Virus record (IMG/VR): IMGVR_UViG_3300045988_145033
Location: 32,001 to 96,000 of that record
Length of the DNA: 64,000 bases
Reading direction: 5' to 3' (one strand)
Source: a virus
The notes below the pieces were generated by a model. It was given only the letters and a program-made list of their open reading frames with translations, was not told the DNA's origin and ran no database searches. The position numbers and the translations under genes were made by a program. This document shows, piece after piece, positions 1 to 7,784 of this stretch (position 1 is its first letter; each line of letters starts with the position of its first letter).

Positions 1-36
1 TTAAAGATTCACCGTTATTAACTTTTCTTTTTGCTT
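1..36 (-). CDS. 5' end of a minus-strand gene; the body lies upstream of the window
   Basis: ATG at 34-36 on the minus strand preceded by AAGGAGGAAGAA; the frame stays open to the window edge. Confidence 0.35.
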   Translation of the reverse strand, partial: KQKEKLITVNL

Positions 37-75
37 TTCTACCCATTTTCTTCCTCCTTAAAATTTTAAATATAT

Positions 76-97
76 TGGGTAGGTTTCCCTACCCAAT
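76..97. terminator. GC-rich hairpin (ttgggtagg-tttc-cctacccaa) next to a TATAATATATA motif
   Basis: perfect inverted repeat in an AT-rich intergenic region; same family as the atggtaggc-tttc-gcctaccat hairpins. Confidence 0.4.
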
Positions 98-118
98 TCT
101 TAGTTTATAATATATAAG

Positions 119-760
119 TTATTTTTTATCCTTTGCTTCAGCCTTTTCTTTAGGTGGTTCTATCTTTTCAATTAAAGACTTAATTTCAGCTTCGATAGTC
201 TTTACATTAGGAAGATTTTCTTTAAATAGACTTTGTAAAATTCTTGCATAAATCTTCATTTCTTTTAGTTTTCTTACTAAGTCTTTCTTATCATCTTCTG
301 ATAAGTCTTTTAATGATTTGTCTGATTGTAAACTATCAGAAACTTCAGTTATGAGTTTGATATTAAGAGATGCTCCTTGTAGTTCAGATAAGTAGTAATC
401 TATCTTACCAAACTCAGATGCAACTTTAGGTTCTTCAGGAATAACTCCTTTTAAACCATTCTTTAAACCTTCAATCATAGAAATAATTTTATCTCCTCTT
501 CTTTTAGATAAAACCTTTTCTTTAACCGGACCTATTAAATATTGAGAAACATAGTCAGCAAGTATTTTCGCTGTTTTCTTTTCTTCAATATCATTAAGCA
601 TCTCCATAACTGCTTCAGGTTCATGTTTTAATACATCTTCCTTTTTACCTTCTTTTGAAAGTAACTTATCTAGCATTAGTTTTGCAAACATTACTAAACC
701 TACTTTCATATTCACTTCTCTTGGTGTTAATTCCTTCTTTTCTTTTAATTCTTTAGACAT
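119..760 (-). CDS. hypothetical protein, Lys/Glu-rich, probable coiled coil
   Basis: 213-aa ORF; SD AAGGAGGAATTAAAA upstream of the ATG. Confidence 0.75.
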   Translation of the reverse strand: MSKELKEKKELTPREVNMKVGLVMFAKLMLDKLLSKEGKKEDVLKHEPEAVMEMLNDIEEKKTAKILADYVSQYLIGPVKEKVLSKRRGDKIISMIEGLKNGLKGVIPEEPKVASEFGKIDYYLSELQGASLNIKLITEVSDSLQSDKSLKDLSEDDKKDLVRKLKEMKIYARILQSLFKENLPNVKTIEAEIKSLIEKIEPPKEKAEAKDKK

Positions 761-790
761 TTTTAATTCCTCCTTATTTATTTTATAATC

Positions 791-1060
791 TTATCTGTCT
801 TTATATCTTTTTAGAAATCTCGTAAGCTTTTCTTCGTAAGCGTCAAGAATAGAATCTTTAGTCTCATCAGAAAGCTTCTCAAATCTCAATCTACTTTTTA
901 GTTTACTAAAATCTTCGATTAAGTATTCTAAATCTTCCACAAATGGTGTTTTAGGTTTAGAAACTAATATACTTCCTACTGGAAGTTTATTATCGGTTTC
1001 ATCAACTACTTTAAGTCCATATCTGTCTCCAATGTTTAAAAATGTAGCGTTTTCTTTCAT
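791..1060 (-). CDS. hypothetical protein
   Basis: 89-aa ORF with AAGGAGGAACAAA SD; ATGA overlap with the upstream small ORF. Confidence 0.65.
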   Translation of the reverse strand: MKENATFLNIGDRYGLKVVDETDNKLPVGSILVSKPKTPFVEDLEYLIEDFSKLKSRLRFEKLSDETKDSILDAYEEKLTRFLKRYKDR

Positions 1061-1200
1061 TTTTGTTCCTCCTTTTTATTCTTATCTATTAAAACCATAG
1101 TTAAAAACTTTGCCATTTCCTTTATAGGAATTTTATCTTTACCTTCCCTTGCTGCTTCTCCTGTATAGGTATTTAGTCTTGGAATTCTGTGTAGGTTCAT
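1057..1200 (-). CDS. unannotated 47-aa ORF translationally coupled on both sides
   Basis: translation MNLHRIPRLNTYTGEAAREGKDKIPIKEMAKFLTMVLIDKNKKEEQK; its ATG overlaps the TGA of the 113-aa gene (ATGA) and its TGA overlaps the ATG of the 89-aa gene (ATGA). Confidence 0.45.
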   Translation of the reverse strand: MNLHRIPRLNTYTGEAAREGKDKIPIKEMAKFLTMVLIDKNKKEEQK

Positions 1201-1538
1201 AGAATATCACCTCTTATTGATTGTGTATAATATTCTCTTAATATTTCTGAATCGCTTTTACCATCGTCCTTTCTACCTTGCTTAAGTTCTTCTATTAAAT
1301 CTTTATGAATAACTCTTACTATATCATCTTCTATTGTAGGTGGTCTAAATACCACCTCATCTTTCTTGGGTTCTTTATACCCAATATATTCCTTTACAGC
1401 TTCCCCTTGTTCTATCCATTTTTGAGCAAGTTCACCTTCAGGGTGTGTTATGAATTCCATTATATTTTCTTCATTTTCTACCATAAATTTATTTATCAAA
1501 CTCATTACTAATTTATTACTCATTTCTGTTACCTCCAT
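1197..1538 (-). CDS. hypothetical protein
   Basis: 113-aa ORF with good SD. Confidence 0.65.
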   Translation of the reverse strand: MEVTEMSNKLVMSLINKFMVENEENIMEFITHPEGELAQKWIEQGEAVKEYIGYKEPKKDEVVFRPPTIEDDIVRVIHKDLIEELKQGRKDDGKSDSEILREYYTQSIRGDIL

Positions 1539-3444
1539 TTTTCTTATTATCTTCTTCTATTTCCTTTTTGTATTTTTCTTCATAAGCTTTCTTGTATGCT
1601 TCATGGTTACTTCTATCGGCATATAATACATCATAGTTCATATGTGATACAGGTTTAAAGTTATCAGGAGATGTCATAACCTCATCAAAGTATCCATAAC
1701 ATAACTTATTTACTATTCCTGTATTATTAACTATACCCTTTTTGTATCCTACAAATGTATAAGACTCATCATCTCTTAAATCTCTTGACCAATCAGGCTT
1801 ATACATTTCTTTGTCTTTATTAGTCACAAATAGACAGTTCTTTAATACAGTTTCTCCAACTATGTATGGAGATTTTAAAAGCTTATTAAGTTCAGCTACT
1901 GGGTCTTTAAACTTAGCTGGATTTTCAAATATAGCCTTTATTTCATTGTATACTTTAGACTTTCTTTTGTTCTTATATACAACGTGCAAGAAGTTATCAT
2001 CTCTTAGCTCAAGTACACCGTCAGTTTCTACAGGGTACACCATTCCATTTACTTCTACGTCAAATCCGTTATAGCATACTCTTTGACTGTCTTTTCTTGG
2101 GTCATCTATTCTATACTTTTCATTTATCACAATAGTACCATTACAGTATATAATATCTGTGTGCTTAACTTGGACATCGATAGTATTATCGTGTCTAAAT
2201 ATTATATTTTCTATAATAGTTATCATATTGTGCTTAGATGATAGATAGTTTTGACCCTCTGGTGCAATGTACTGCTTTACAAACTGAACTCCTAAATTCA
2301 TATTAGCACCAAGTGGTCCTTTTACATTATCAAAATATGTATGCTCTCCTGTACAGTATCTACATATACCTTCTTTAGAATTACAAGTAAAAGGACTTCT
2401 AACCTTAATAGTTTTCCCAATTAAGTCAGTTCTATCTTTAGTTATAAGCTCGATATCTCTTGGGTGATTACTGTCGTGTATCATATATCTATCATTTAGC
2501 TTATCAAGAACTTCTTGTGATTCTACAAAGTATTCTACATATGCTTTTGAATCACACATATAATCTGGATTAGGATTTAAGTAGTTTGGATTGTTAAGAT
2601 ATGATATAGTCTTTTGAAATGCACCCGGGTCTTTTATCTCAAGTTTAGTTATTATAGTTGCACATCTTGAGATATATGATTCATAATAGAAGCTCTCAGG
2701 TGTTGATATTCCACGAAGCCAAGACTCTTTCTCTATATTAGGTATAACTTCATCTTGGTCGGGACGAGAACCTATCATAAACAGACAGTCAACAAACTGT
2801 GCAAGACGAAGTCCAGTTCCTGCTTTTACAAGAGAACGCAAAGGTTGTATATCTTTTTCTTCGACTACTTTTGATATGTAATCAAGTGTGTGCTTTTTAA
2901 GTTCTTCCACTTCAAATAAACTCATATCGTCTCTTTTAACTGGACCGTTTATAATCCAGTCTTTAAGGGTTTCATCAGCATCACAAAGTTCAAATATATC
3001 AAGCATTGATATATCTATCATCTTTTTATTATCGACTACCCAAGCAAACTGAACAAACGCTTCTTTTATTTCACCTACGATAGATGCTACGTCAAAGAAC
3101 TTCATATTCATTCTATTAAAGCACTCATCTTTCACCATTTCCACATATTCATTTTGACTATCAACATTACCAGAACCCGTGAATATAAAATCCTCAAGTC
3201 TTTGCTCTTGTCCGTCGAGTATATGGTGCTTATCAAGAGTTGTAAATAAAAGCCAGTTCATAATAGCTTTAGCAAACTTCATTTTAGCTATCTTCTCACC
3301 TTTATAAGTTACAGTAACTCTAGTTTCAAGCTTTCCTATATCCCAGTAATCATCAACAAACAACTTTGGTGAAAACTCTGCAATAAGTGGTAAACCTAGT
3401 TCATTTACCTTACTCCAGACATCTGCCATTACTTCATTCTTCAT
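1516..3444 (-). CDS. multisubunit RNA polymerase beta-prime-like subunit, C-terminal part
   Basis: KVRSPFTCNSKEGICRYCTGEH aligns to the bacterial beta-prime RSPLTCetrhGvCakCYG segment; GANMNLGVQFVKQYIAPEGQ follows where beta-prime has GEAVGVIAAQSIGEPGTQ. Confidence 0.65.
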   Translation of the reverse strand: MKNEVMADVWSKVNELGLPLIAEFSPKLFVDDYWDIGKLETRVTVTYKGEKIAKMKFAKAIMNWLLFTTLDKHHILDGQEQRLEDFIFTGSGNVDSQNEYVEMVKDECFNRMNMKFFDVASIVGEIKEAFVQFAWVVDNKKMIDISMLDIFELCDADETLKDWIINGPVKRDDMSLFEVEELKKHTLDYISKVVEEKDIQPLRSLVKAGTGLRLAQFVDCLFMIGSRPDQDEVIPNIEKESWLRGISTPESFYYESYISRCATIITKLEIKDPGAFQKTISYLNNPNYLNPNPDYMCDSKAYVEYFVESQEVLDKLNDRYMIHDSNHPRDIELITKDRTDLIGKTIKVRSPFTCNSKEGICRYCTGEHTYFDNVKGPLGANMNLGVQFVKQYIAPEGQNYLSSKHNMITIIENIIFRHDNTIDVQVKHTDIIYCNGTIVINEKYRIDDPRKDSQRVCYNGFDVEVNGMVYPVETDGVLELRDDNFLHVVYKNKRKSKVYNEIKAIFENPAKFKDPVAELNKLLKSPYIVGETVLKNCLFVTNKDKEMYKPDWSRDLRDDESYTFVGYKKGIVNNTGIVNKLCYGYFDEVMTSPDNFKPVSHMNYDVLYADRSNHEAYKKAYEEKYKKEIEEDNKKNGGNRNE

Positions 3445-3697
3445 TTGAATCCTCCCAATTATTAAATATTACTCTTTTTATAATCTTACTAAGCTTTTGA
3501 TTAAAAGCCTTTTTAACAAGATTATTCTCCGATAGAAGCTCTTTTCTATACTTTACAAAAGCTTCTCTTTCATATTCAGACTCCTCAGCCTGAATATCCT
3601 TCCAATCTTTCATAAACTCATCATAATCCTTTTCAATATCAAGGTTCATAATTCTCTCATTGAATTTCCTTACAATTTCTTTAGTTACTTTCTTCAT
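3434..3697 (-). CDS. hypothetical protein
   Basis: 87-aa ORF; SD AAGGAGGAATTAAA. Confidence 0.65.
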   Translation of the reverse strand: MKKVTKEIVRKFNERIMNLDIEKDYDEFMKDWKDIQAEESEYEREAFVKYRKELLSENNLVKKAFNQKLSKIIKRVIFNNWEDSNEE

Positions 3698-3736
3698 TTT
3701 AATTCCTCCTTAAAATTTGTATTATTTAATCGTTTG

Positions 3737-3755
3737 CTACATTTATAATATATAT
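3737..3755 (-). promoter_or_regulatory. class A AT-rich promoter-like motif (ctacatttataatatatat on the + strand)
   Basis: one of about 14 copies of a CTAC-N-TATAATATATA motif found only upstream of minus-strand genes. Confidence 0.4.
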
Positions 3756-3780
3756 GTCAAATATTGTTATTTTGGAACAT

Positions 3781-3812
3781 AAAAAAAAATAAAGGTGAGG
3801 ATAAACCCCACC
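3781..3812 (-). terminator. rho-independent terminator (ggtgagg-ataaa-ccccacc hairpin plus U-run on the minus strand)
   Basis: this element (aaataaaggtgaggataaaccccacca) recurs almost identically at 6449-6479 and 46742-46772. Confidence 0.6.
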
Positions 3813-3819
3813 AATATCT

Positions 3820-4479
3820 TTATTCTTCTTCAATATCATCTTCATCATCACAACCAAAGAAATCATCAAAGAAGTATTGAGGCTCTATATATTCATACCC
3901 TCTTTTGATTTCTCTAGTCAGTCTATGACTATCTTTGATTGTGAACCAGTACACATTGCCCACATCAAATACTTGTCCATTTGAAAGGACTATAAGTTCG
4001 TCCCATTCTCCAGAACCATATCTGATTTTCTTATGTCCATTAGGCATGTAGAAATAATGTTCAGTACCATCACTGAAAGTGTACTTTTCCCACTTCTTTG
4101 AATTGTGTGGGTTGTACAAACCTCTTATAGTTTTCCAGATGTACTTACTATTAATAATACAATAGTCATCTGGATGATTTGTATATTTCAACTTTTCTGC
4201 ACCACTTAATATCTTGCCATAGTCTCCAATCCATAGATACGGACTTAATACTGTGATTGCAGAAATATTGAATTTTTCACATTCCTTTATTATTAAAGAA
4301 ACGTACTTCATATTTCTGCTGTGATATTTCTTTAGAGAAGCTCTGTACTTTCTATCTCTGTCTGATATAACTTCTCCAAAGTAACTTACATCGAATCCAG
4401 CAATCTTTGCGATTTTTCTGAATTCTTTAACTAATTTTTCATCTTCCCATTTTTCTTTTAAGTTTGCAAATTTGTTCAT
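3820..4479 (-). CDS. hypothetical protein with an acidic C-terminal tail (FFDDFFGCDDEDDIEEE)
   Basis: 219-aa ORF with strong SD and its own promoter, leader and terminator. Confidence 0.7.
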   Translation of the reverse strand: MNKFANLKEKWEDEKLVKEFRKIAKIAGFDVSYFGEVISDRDRKYRASLKKYHSRNMKYVSLIIKECEKFNISAITVLSPYLWIGDYGKILSGAEKLKYTNHPDDYCIINSKYIWKTIRGLYNPHNSKKWEKYTFSDGTEHYFYMPNGHKKIRYGSGEWDELIVLSNGQVFDVGNVYWFTIKDSHRLTREIKRGYEYIEPQYFFDDFFGCDDEDDIEEE

Positions 4480-4590
4480 AATTAAAACCTCCTAAGTTTT
4501 ATTAAAATTAAATTATGGCTTCTCCCCGTTGGATTGCCTTATCTACGAATATAATATATAAACAAAAAAAAAATAACGTGAATAGGATAA
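4480..4590 (-). promoter_or_regulatory. conserved 5' leader plus class A motif, copy 1 of 2
   Basis: about 110 nt nearly identical to 5198-5310 (shared core aaaacctcctaa-gttttta-attaaattatggcttctcccc-ttggattgcctt ... tataatatataaacaaaaaaaaaa). Confidence 0.5.
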
Positions 4591-4591
4591 T

Positions 4592-4622
4592 AAAAAAAAA
4601 ATAAAGGCTAGGAAAACCTAGC
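4592..4622 (-). terminator. rho-independent terminator (ggctagg-aaaa-cctagcc plus A/T runs)
   Basis: perfect hairpin flanked by A10 and T-rich tracts. Confidence 0.55.
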
Positions 4623-4630
4623 CAATATCT

Positions 4631-5197
4631 TTACTTATTTGGTATTAGATTGCTGTGTCTCTTTTTGTGTCTAAGAGACTTATAAAGAATAAGAAAGCTT
4701 GATAACTTAACTTTAACCTTCTTATTCTTTTTAAAGCAAATTTTAGCACTATTTAAGCCTTGAGGGATTTTTGTAAGAATATACCCCTTTCCAGCTTTAT
4801 ATTCTAAAGTTTCCCAGTCAGGAACAGCCTTTTCAACTTTGTTCCCGATTTTAAAAGTTTCTGTGAAGTTAGTAGCAACTCCACGTTTCAAATCTACAGA
4901 ATAGTAACCACCGTGTTGCCATAGTGATACTATGTCGGCAGTTTTTAATTCTTTCTCAAAATATTTTATATCACGAATGTACCCGTCCCAAACCATTTGA
5001 AATGGTCCTTCGTAGTAGATACAATCGTAGTCTTGATAACAAGTTTCAGGCTTGCCTCTGTATATACAAGACTTTTTGCTGTGTCTTATACTTCTTTTAC
5101 CGAAGTATAAATCGAATGTAGGCTCAACCCTTGTAGCCTCATCGAACATGATTTTCCCTAACTTTCTCATTTTTGCAACCAATTTAATATTTCTCAT
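4631..5197 (-). CDS. hypothetical protein
   Basis: 188-aa ORF with strong SD. Confidence 0.7.
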   Translation of the reverse strand: MRNIKLVAKMRKLGKIMFDEATRVEPTFDLYFGKRSIRHSKKSCIYRGKPETCYQDYDCIYYEGPFQMVWDGYIRDIKYFEKELKTADIVSLWQHGGYYSVDLKRGVATNFTETFKIGNKVEKAVPDWETLEYKAGKGYILTKIPQGLNSAKICFKKNKKVKVKLSSFLILYKSLRHKKRHSNLIPNK

Positions 5198-5310
5198 TTC
5201 TAAAACCTCCTAAAGTTTTTAAATTAAATTATGGCTTCTCCCCATTGGATTGCCTTTGTCTTAGTATATAATATATAAACAAAAAAAAAAATACTGTAAG
5301 AATAATAAAT
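5198..5310 (-). promoter_or_regulatory. conserved 5' leader plus class A motif, copy 2 of 2
   Basis: see 4480-4590. Confidence 0.5.
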
Positions 5311-5348
5311 AAAAAAAAAAAATAAGAGGACGGGCGTAGCAAACCCGT
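5311..5348 (-). terminator. rho-independent terminator (gacgggcgtagcaaacccgtc)
   Basis: GC-rich hairpin after an A10 run, immediately downstream of the radical SAM gene stop. Confidence 0.55.
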
Positions 5349-5359
5349 CGTTATTTATA

Positions 5360-6112
5360 TTAGAAGATTTCGAAACCACCTTTCCAGTAGTTTCTAGTCC
5401 CTATCTTAAGAGTAGGAAACTCTTCCTTTATCGCTTGTGCGATATGAGTAACATCGTCCATTTCGGGCACGGGGAAATCACACCCTTGGACTTTATTATA
5501 CTTTCTAAGCGTCCAGAATACATTATCGAACTTAGATATGACACTTGCGATTTCTCTAAGTTCGTCAAGGCTTGTGTCTCCGAATACTGGAGTTCTTATA
5601 TCAACTAAAACTCCATTTTCTTGACACAATTTAATAATTCTTTCTTGGTCCATAACTGGTTTGGCAACTCCAGTTATTTTAACCAATCTGTCACTATAGA
5701 ATGCCTTGAAATCTATAGCAACATAGTCTAGGTATTTTACTAGACTTTTAACTAGCCCATAACTGCTACCATTATGAGCTATTGATATTTTTTGTCCAAA
5801 TTTGTTCATTACATATTGGGCTATATGTAATGATTCAGAAGGATAAGCCGCGGGGTCTCCCCCGCTTAATCTAATCCTTCTTCCTTTAGAAGCTTCAATA
5901 TCTATCAAAGCTTCTAAGTCACTCATTTTAATGTCGTGAGTGTTGATGACGTTGCCAGCATCATCGTAGAATTGACAGTCCCTTTTACAGTAAGGACAAC
6001 TGTAATTACAATCACCAAAAGAAACGATTGCCATTTCTTCTGGTGTTCTATTGAATGCTTGTAGGAAGTAAGCCTTTCTCACTTCCAAATTTTTTCTTTT
6101 AATTAATTTCAT
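5360..6112 (-). CDS. radical SAM enzyme (activase, QueE or viperin-like size class, 250 aa)
   Basis: CNYSCPYC (CxxxCxxC) cluster motif near the N-terminus and an SGGDP (GGEP-like) motif; no SPASM extension. Confidence 0.8.
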   Translation of the reverse strand: MKLIKRKNLEVRKAYFLQAFNRTPEEMAIVSFGDCNYSCPYCKRDCQFYDDAGNVINTHDIKMSDLEALIDIEASKGRRIRLSGGDPAAYPSESLHIAQYVMNKFGQKISIAHNGSSYGLVKSLVKYLDYVAIDFKAFYSDRLVKITGVAKPVMDQERIIKLCQENGVLVDIRTPVFGDTSLDELREIASVISKFDNVFWTLRKYNKVQGCDFPVPEMDDVTHIAQAIKEEFPTLKIGTRNYWKGGFEIF

Positions 6113-6124
6113 TTTGTTACCTCC

Positions 6125-6215
6125 TCAGGTATATTAAATTTAGACGGTGAGCTCTTAAGCCTTCTTAAGTTTACTCTTGTCCCTACATTTATTATATATA
6201 ATTGAAAAAAAAACG
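6125..6215 (-). promoter_or_regulatory. class A promoter plus a roughly 90-nt conserved leader containing a CTTAAG-loop-CTTAAG hairpin (copy 1 of 3)
   Basis: near-identical to 19078-19170 and 40096-40190; copy 2 carries the compensatory pair cttaaC/Gttaag. Confidence 0.55.
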
Positions 6216-6249
6216 TAGAAATTACAGCTAATGATTAAAGGAACATAGA

Positions 6250-6297
6250 AAAAATAAGAGAAAGTATACTCTTATATCACCTCCTTGAGTATCTTTC
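6250..6297 (-). terminator. long hairpin terminator (aagagaaagtatactc ... gagtatctttctctt) followed by a U-run on the minus strand
   Basis: imperfect inverted repeat of about 14 bp downstream of the 22-aa peptide gene. Confidence 0.45.
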
Positions 6298-6307
6298 TCT
6301 TAAAAAG

Positions 6308-6376
6308 TTAAAGCCTAGTAATTGTCCAAATTGCCGCTATGGCGTAAGCCGCCAACATTAATACTAATGCGAACAT
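6308..6376 (-). CDS. unannotated 22-aa hydrophobic peptide (MFALVLMLAAYAIAAIWTITRL)
   Basis: perfect SD AAAGGAGGTGCCAT before the ATG; own class A promoter at 6424-6447 and terminator at 6250-6297. Confidence 0.45.
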   Translation of the reverse strand: MFALVLMLAAYAIAAIWTITRL

Positions 6377-6448
6377 ATGGCACCTCCTTTAAATTATCCC
6401 GGTGGAACTTTCATTCCGTGGGTTCTACATTTATTATATATAATTAAA

Positions 6449-6479
6449 ATAAAAAATAAAGGTGAGGATAAACCCCACC
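6449..6479 (-). terminator. rho-independent terminator, second copy of the ggtgagg/ccccacc element
   Basis: identical to 3781-3812. Confidence 0.6.
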
Positions 6480-6488
6480 AATATTTCT

Positions 6489-7229
6489 TTATTCTATACA
6501 ATACATCTTCGCACAAATATCTAAAATTGTTGCAATCATTTCTATGAAGTAGTCTTCCTTATCTAATAAGTAATCATCTACTAATGTCTCAAGGTCTTCA
6601 CTATCATAACTGTGTCCAAAATAGCTATCAACTACCTTATCTCTTATTTCGTAGATATTTTGCTCTGATATTCTTTCAGTAAATAATCCAAACCATATTC
6701 TTTCAGCTTGAGCTTTAATATCACTATAACCATATTTATCTCTTAAATCTTTATTAGATGTGTAATCACGTTCACAGAATTCTTTATACATCCTCTTAGC
6801 ATTTACTATAAGTGTAGTATCTATATCCCAAGGTTTCTTGTTAAGTTTTGCTACAGTTTGTTTATCTTTCCAAGGTTCGCAGATATTACATACAGTTTGT
6901 AAAAGAGCAAGTCCAACAACAGCAGATGTTGAATATATCTCAGTTTCTCCATTATCAAAATAATTCTTTGAGTATCTCTCTAAATCTGAAGCTTGTAAAT
7001 AATCATCTCTGATTTCATTGTCGATTACTTCATTACATATATAGCTTATAGCATTACTATCTAATCCTCTAAATAAAGAATTCCATAAATAATGTACCTC
7101 ATCTCTAAATTCTTCAAACTCGTGTGCACATTCTACCCAAGCTACTTCATTATTTGGTTTATCCCATACTCCAAATAGATACATTCCTTTTTCAAATAAC
7201 TCCTTCTTTAACACTGCTTTAATTTTCAT
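6489..7229 (-). CDS. hypothetical protein
   Basis: 246-aa ORF with strong SD. Confidence 0.7.
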   Translation of the reverse strand: MKIKAVLKKELFEKGMYLFGVWDKPNNEVAWVECAHEFEEFRDEVHYLWNSLFRGLDSNAISYICNEVIDNEIRDDYLQASDLERYSKNYFDNGETEIYSTSAVVGLALLQTVCNICEPWKDKQTVAKLNKKPWDIDTTLIVNAKRMYKEFCERDYTSNKDLRDKYGYSDIKAQAERIWFGLFTERISEQNIYEIRDKVVDSYFGHSYDSEDLETLVDDYLLDKEDYFIEMIATILDICAKMYCIE

Positions 7230-7265
7230 TTCAATTCCTCCTTAAAAATTTTAATATGACTTTCG

Positions 7266-7285
7266 TCTACTTATATAATATATAG
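7266..7285 (-). promoter_or_regulatory. class A motif (tctacttatataatatatag)
   Basis: motif family member upstream of 6489-7229. Confidence 0.4.
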
Positions 7286-7296
7286 AAGAAAAGAAT

Positions 7297-7316
7297 AATG
7301 GTGGCTAAGCCACCAT
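7297..7316. terminator. hairpin aatggtggc-taa-gccaccat
   Basis: member of the aatggtgg...ccaccatt hairpin family (also at 14485, 39137, 49108). Confidence 0.5.
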
Positions 7317-7321
7317 CTTAA

Positions 7322-7696
7322 TTATTCTGGATTTTTAAGTTTATTAATAGTTTCTTGAATATTAACTCTTAAGTCTGCGACCTCAGCTCCAAACTTATCT
7401 TTCAGCTTTTGAATTGAGTTTGTGTAAAGCATATAGTATTTAGACGCATCTTTTAAATCATCATCATCTATATCTTTACCTTTAGCAACTGCTACAGCAA
7501 GAGTTGTATCAACCCCGTAATCAAGCGTTTTCTTTACATCTTCCCTAGCTTCTTCCATTATTTGCTTTACTATATTAGATGGTGTATTATATAAGTTACA
7601 TAAAGTTTCTAATTTGTCAAGTGACAAAGGAACACCTGTTTCTCTTTCATCAGCAAGAACTATAGTAGCTACAACAAGAGCATTATTTTGTGCCAT
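7322..7696 (-). CDS. hypothetical protein
   Basis: 124-aa ORF; SD GGAGGTTTTAAT. Confidence 0.7.
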   Translation of the reverse strand: MAQNNALVVATIVLADERETGVPLSLDKLETLCNLYNTPSNIVKQIMEEAREDVKKTLDYGVDTTLAVAVAKGKDIDDDDLKDASKYYMLYTNSIQKLKDKFGAEVADLRVNIQETINKLKNPE

Positions 7697-7733
7697 ATTA
7701 AAACCTCCTACATTTATATTAAAATCTATAATC

Positions 7734-7758
7734 GTGTTTTGAAAAACACCTTTTTGAT
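7734..7758 (+). promoter_or_regulatory. class B motif (gtgttttGAAAAACACCTTTTTGA), palindromic in this copy
   Basis: one of 8 copies of TGAAAAACAGCCTTTTGA-like sequence lying 20-45 nt upstream of start codons. Confidence 0.5.
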
Positions 7759-7784
7759 ATCTAAATAAGGGGGTTTTGGTAAAA

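Noticed and set aside
1305-1511. Other short ORFs embedded antisense in annotated genes (1305-1511, 1811-2074, 4924-5121, 9453-9683, 12374-12685, 20152-20430, 36406-36738, 47383-47589, 50215-50593, 54683-54892, 58419-58607, 59703-59948, 61734-61979)
   Set aside because: All overlap longer, SD-driven ORFs on the opposite strand or in another frame and lack translation signals.
4520-4610. Small plus-strand ORF (ATGGCTTCTCCCC...) inside the conserved leaders at 4520 and 5240
   Set aside because: No SD; the two copies differ in length (29 versus 15 codons) because of a frame-breaking difference while the nucleotide sequence is conserved, which argues for an RNA or DNA element rather than a peptide.
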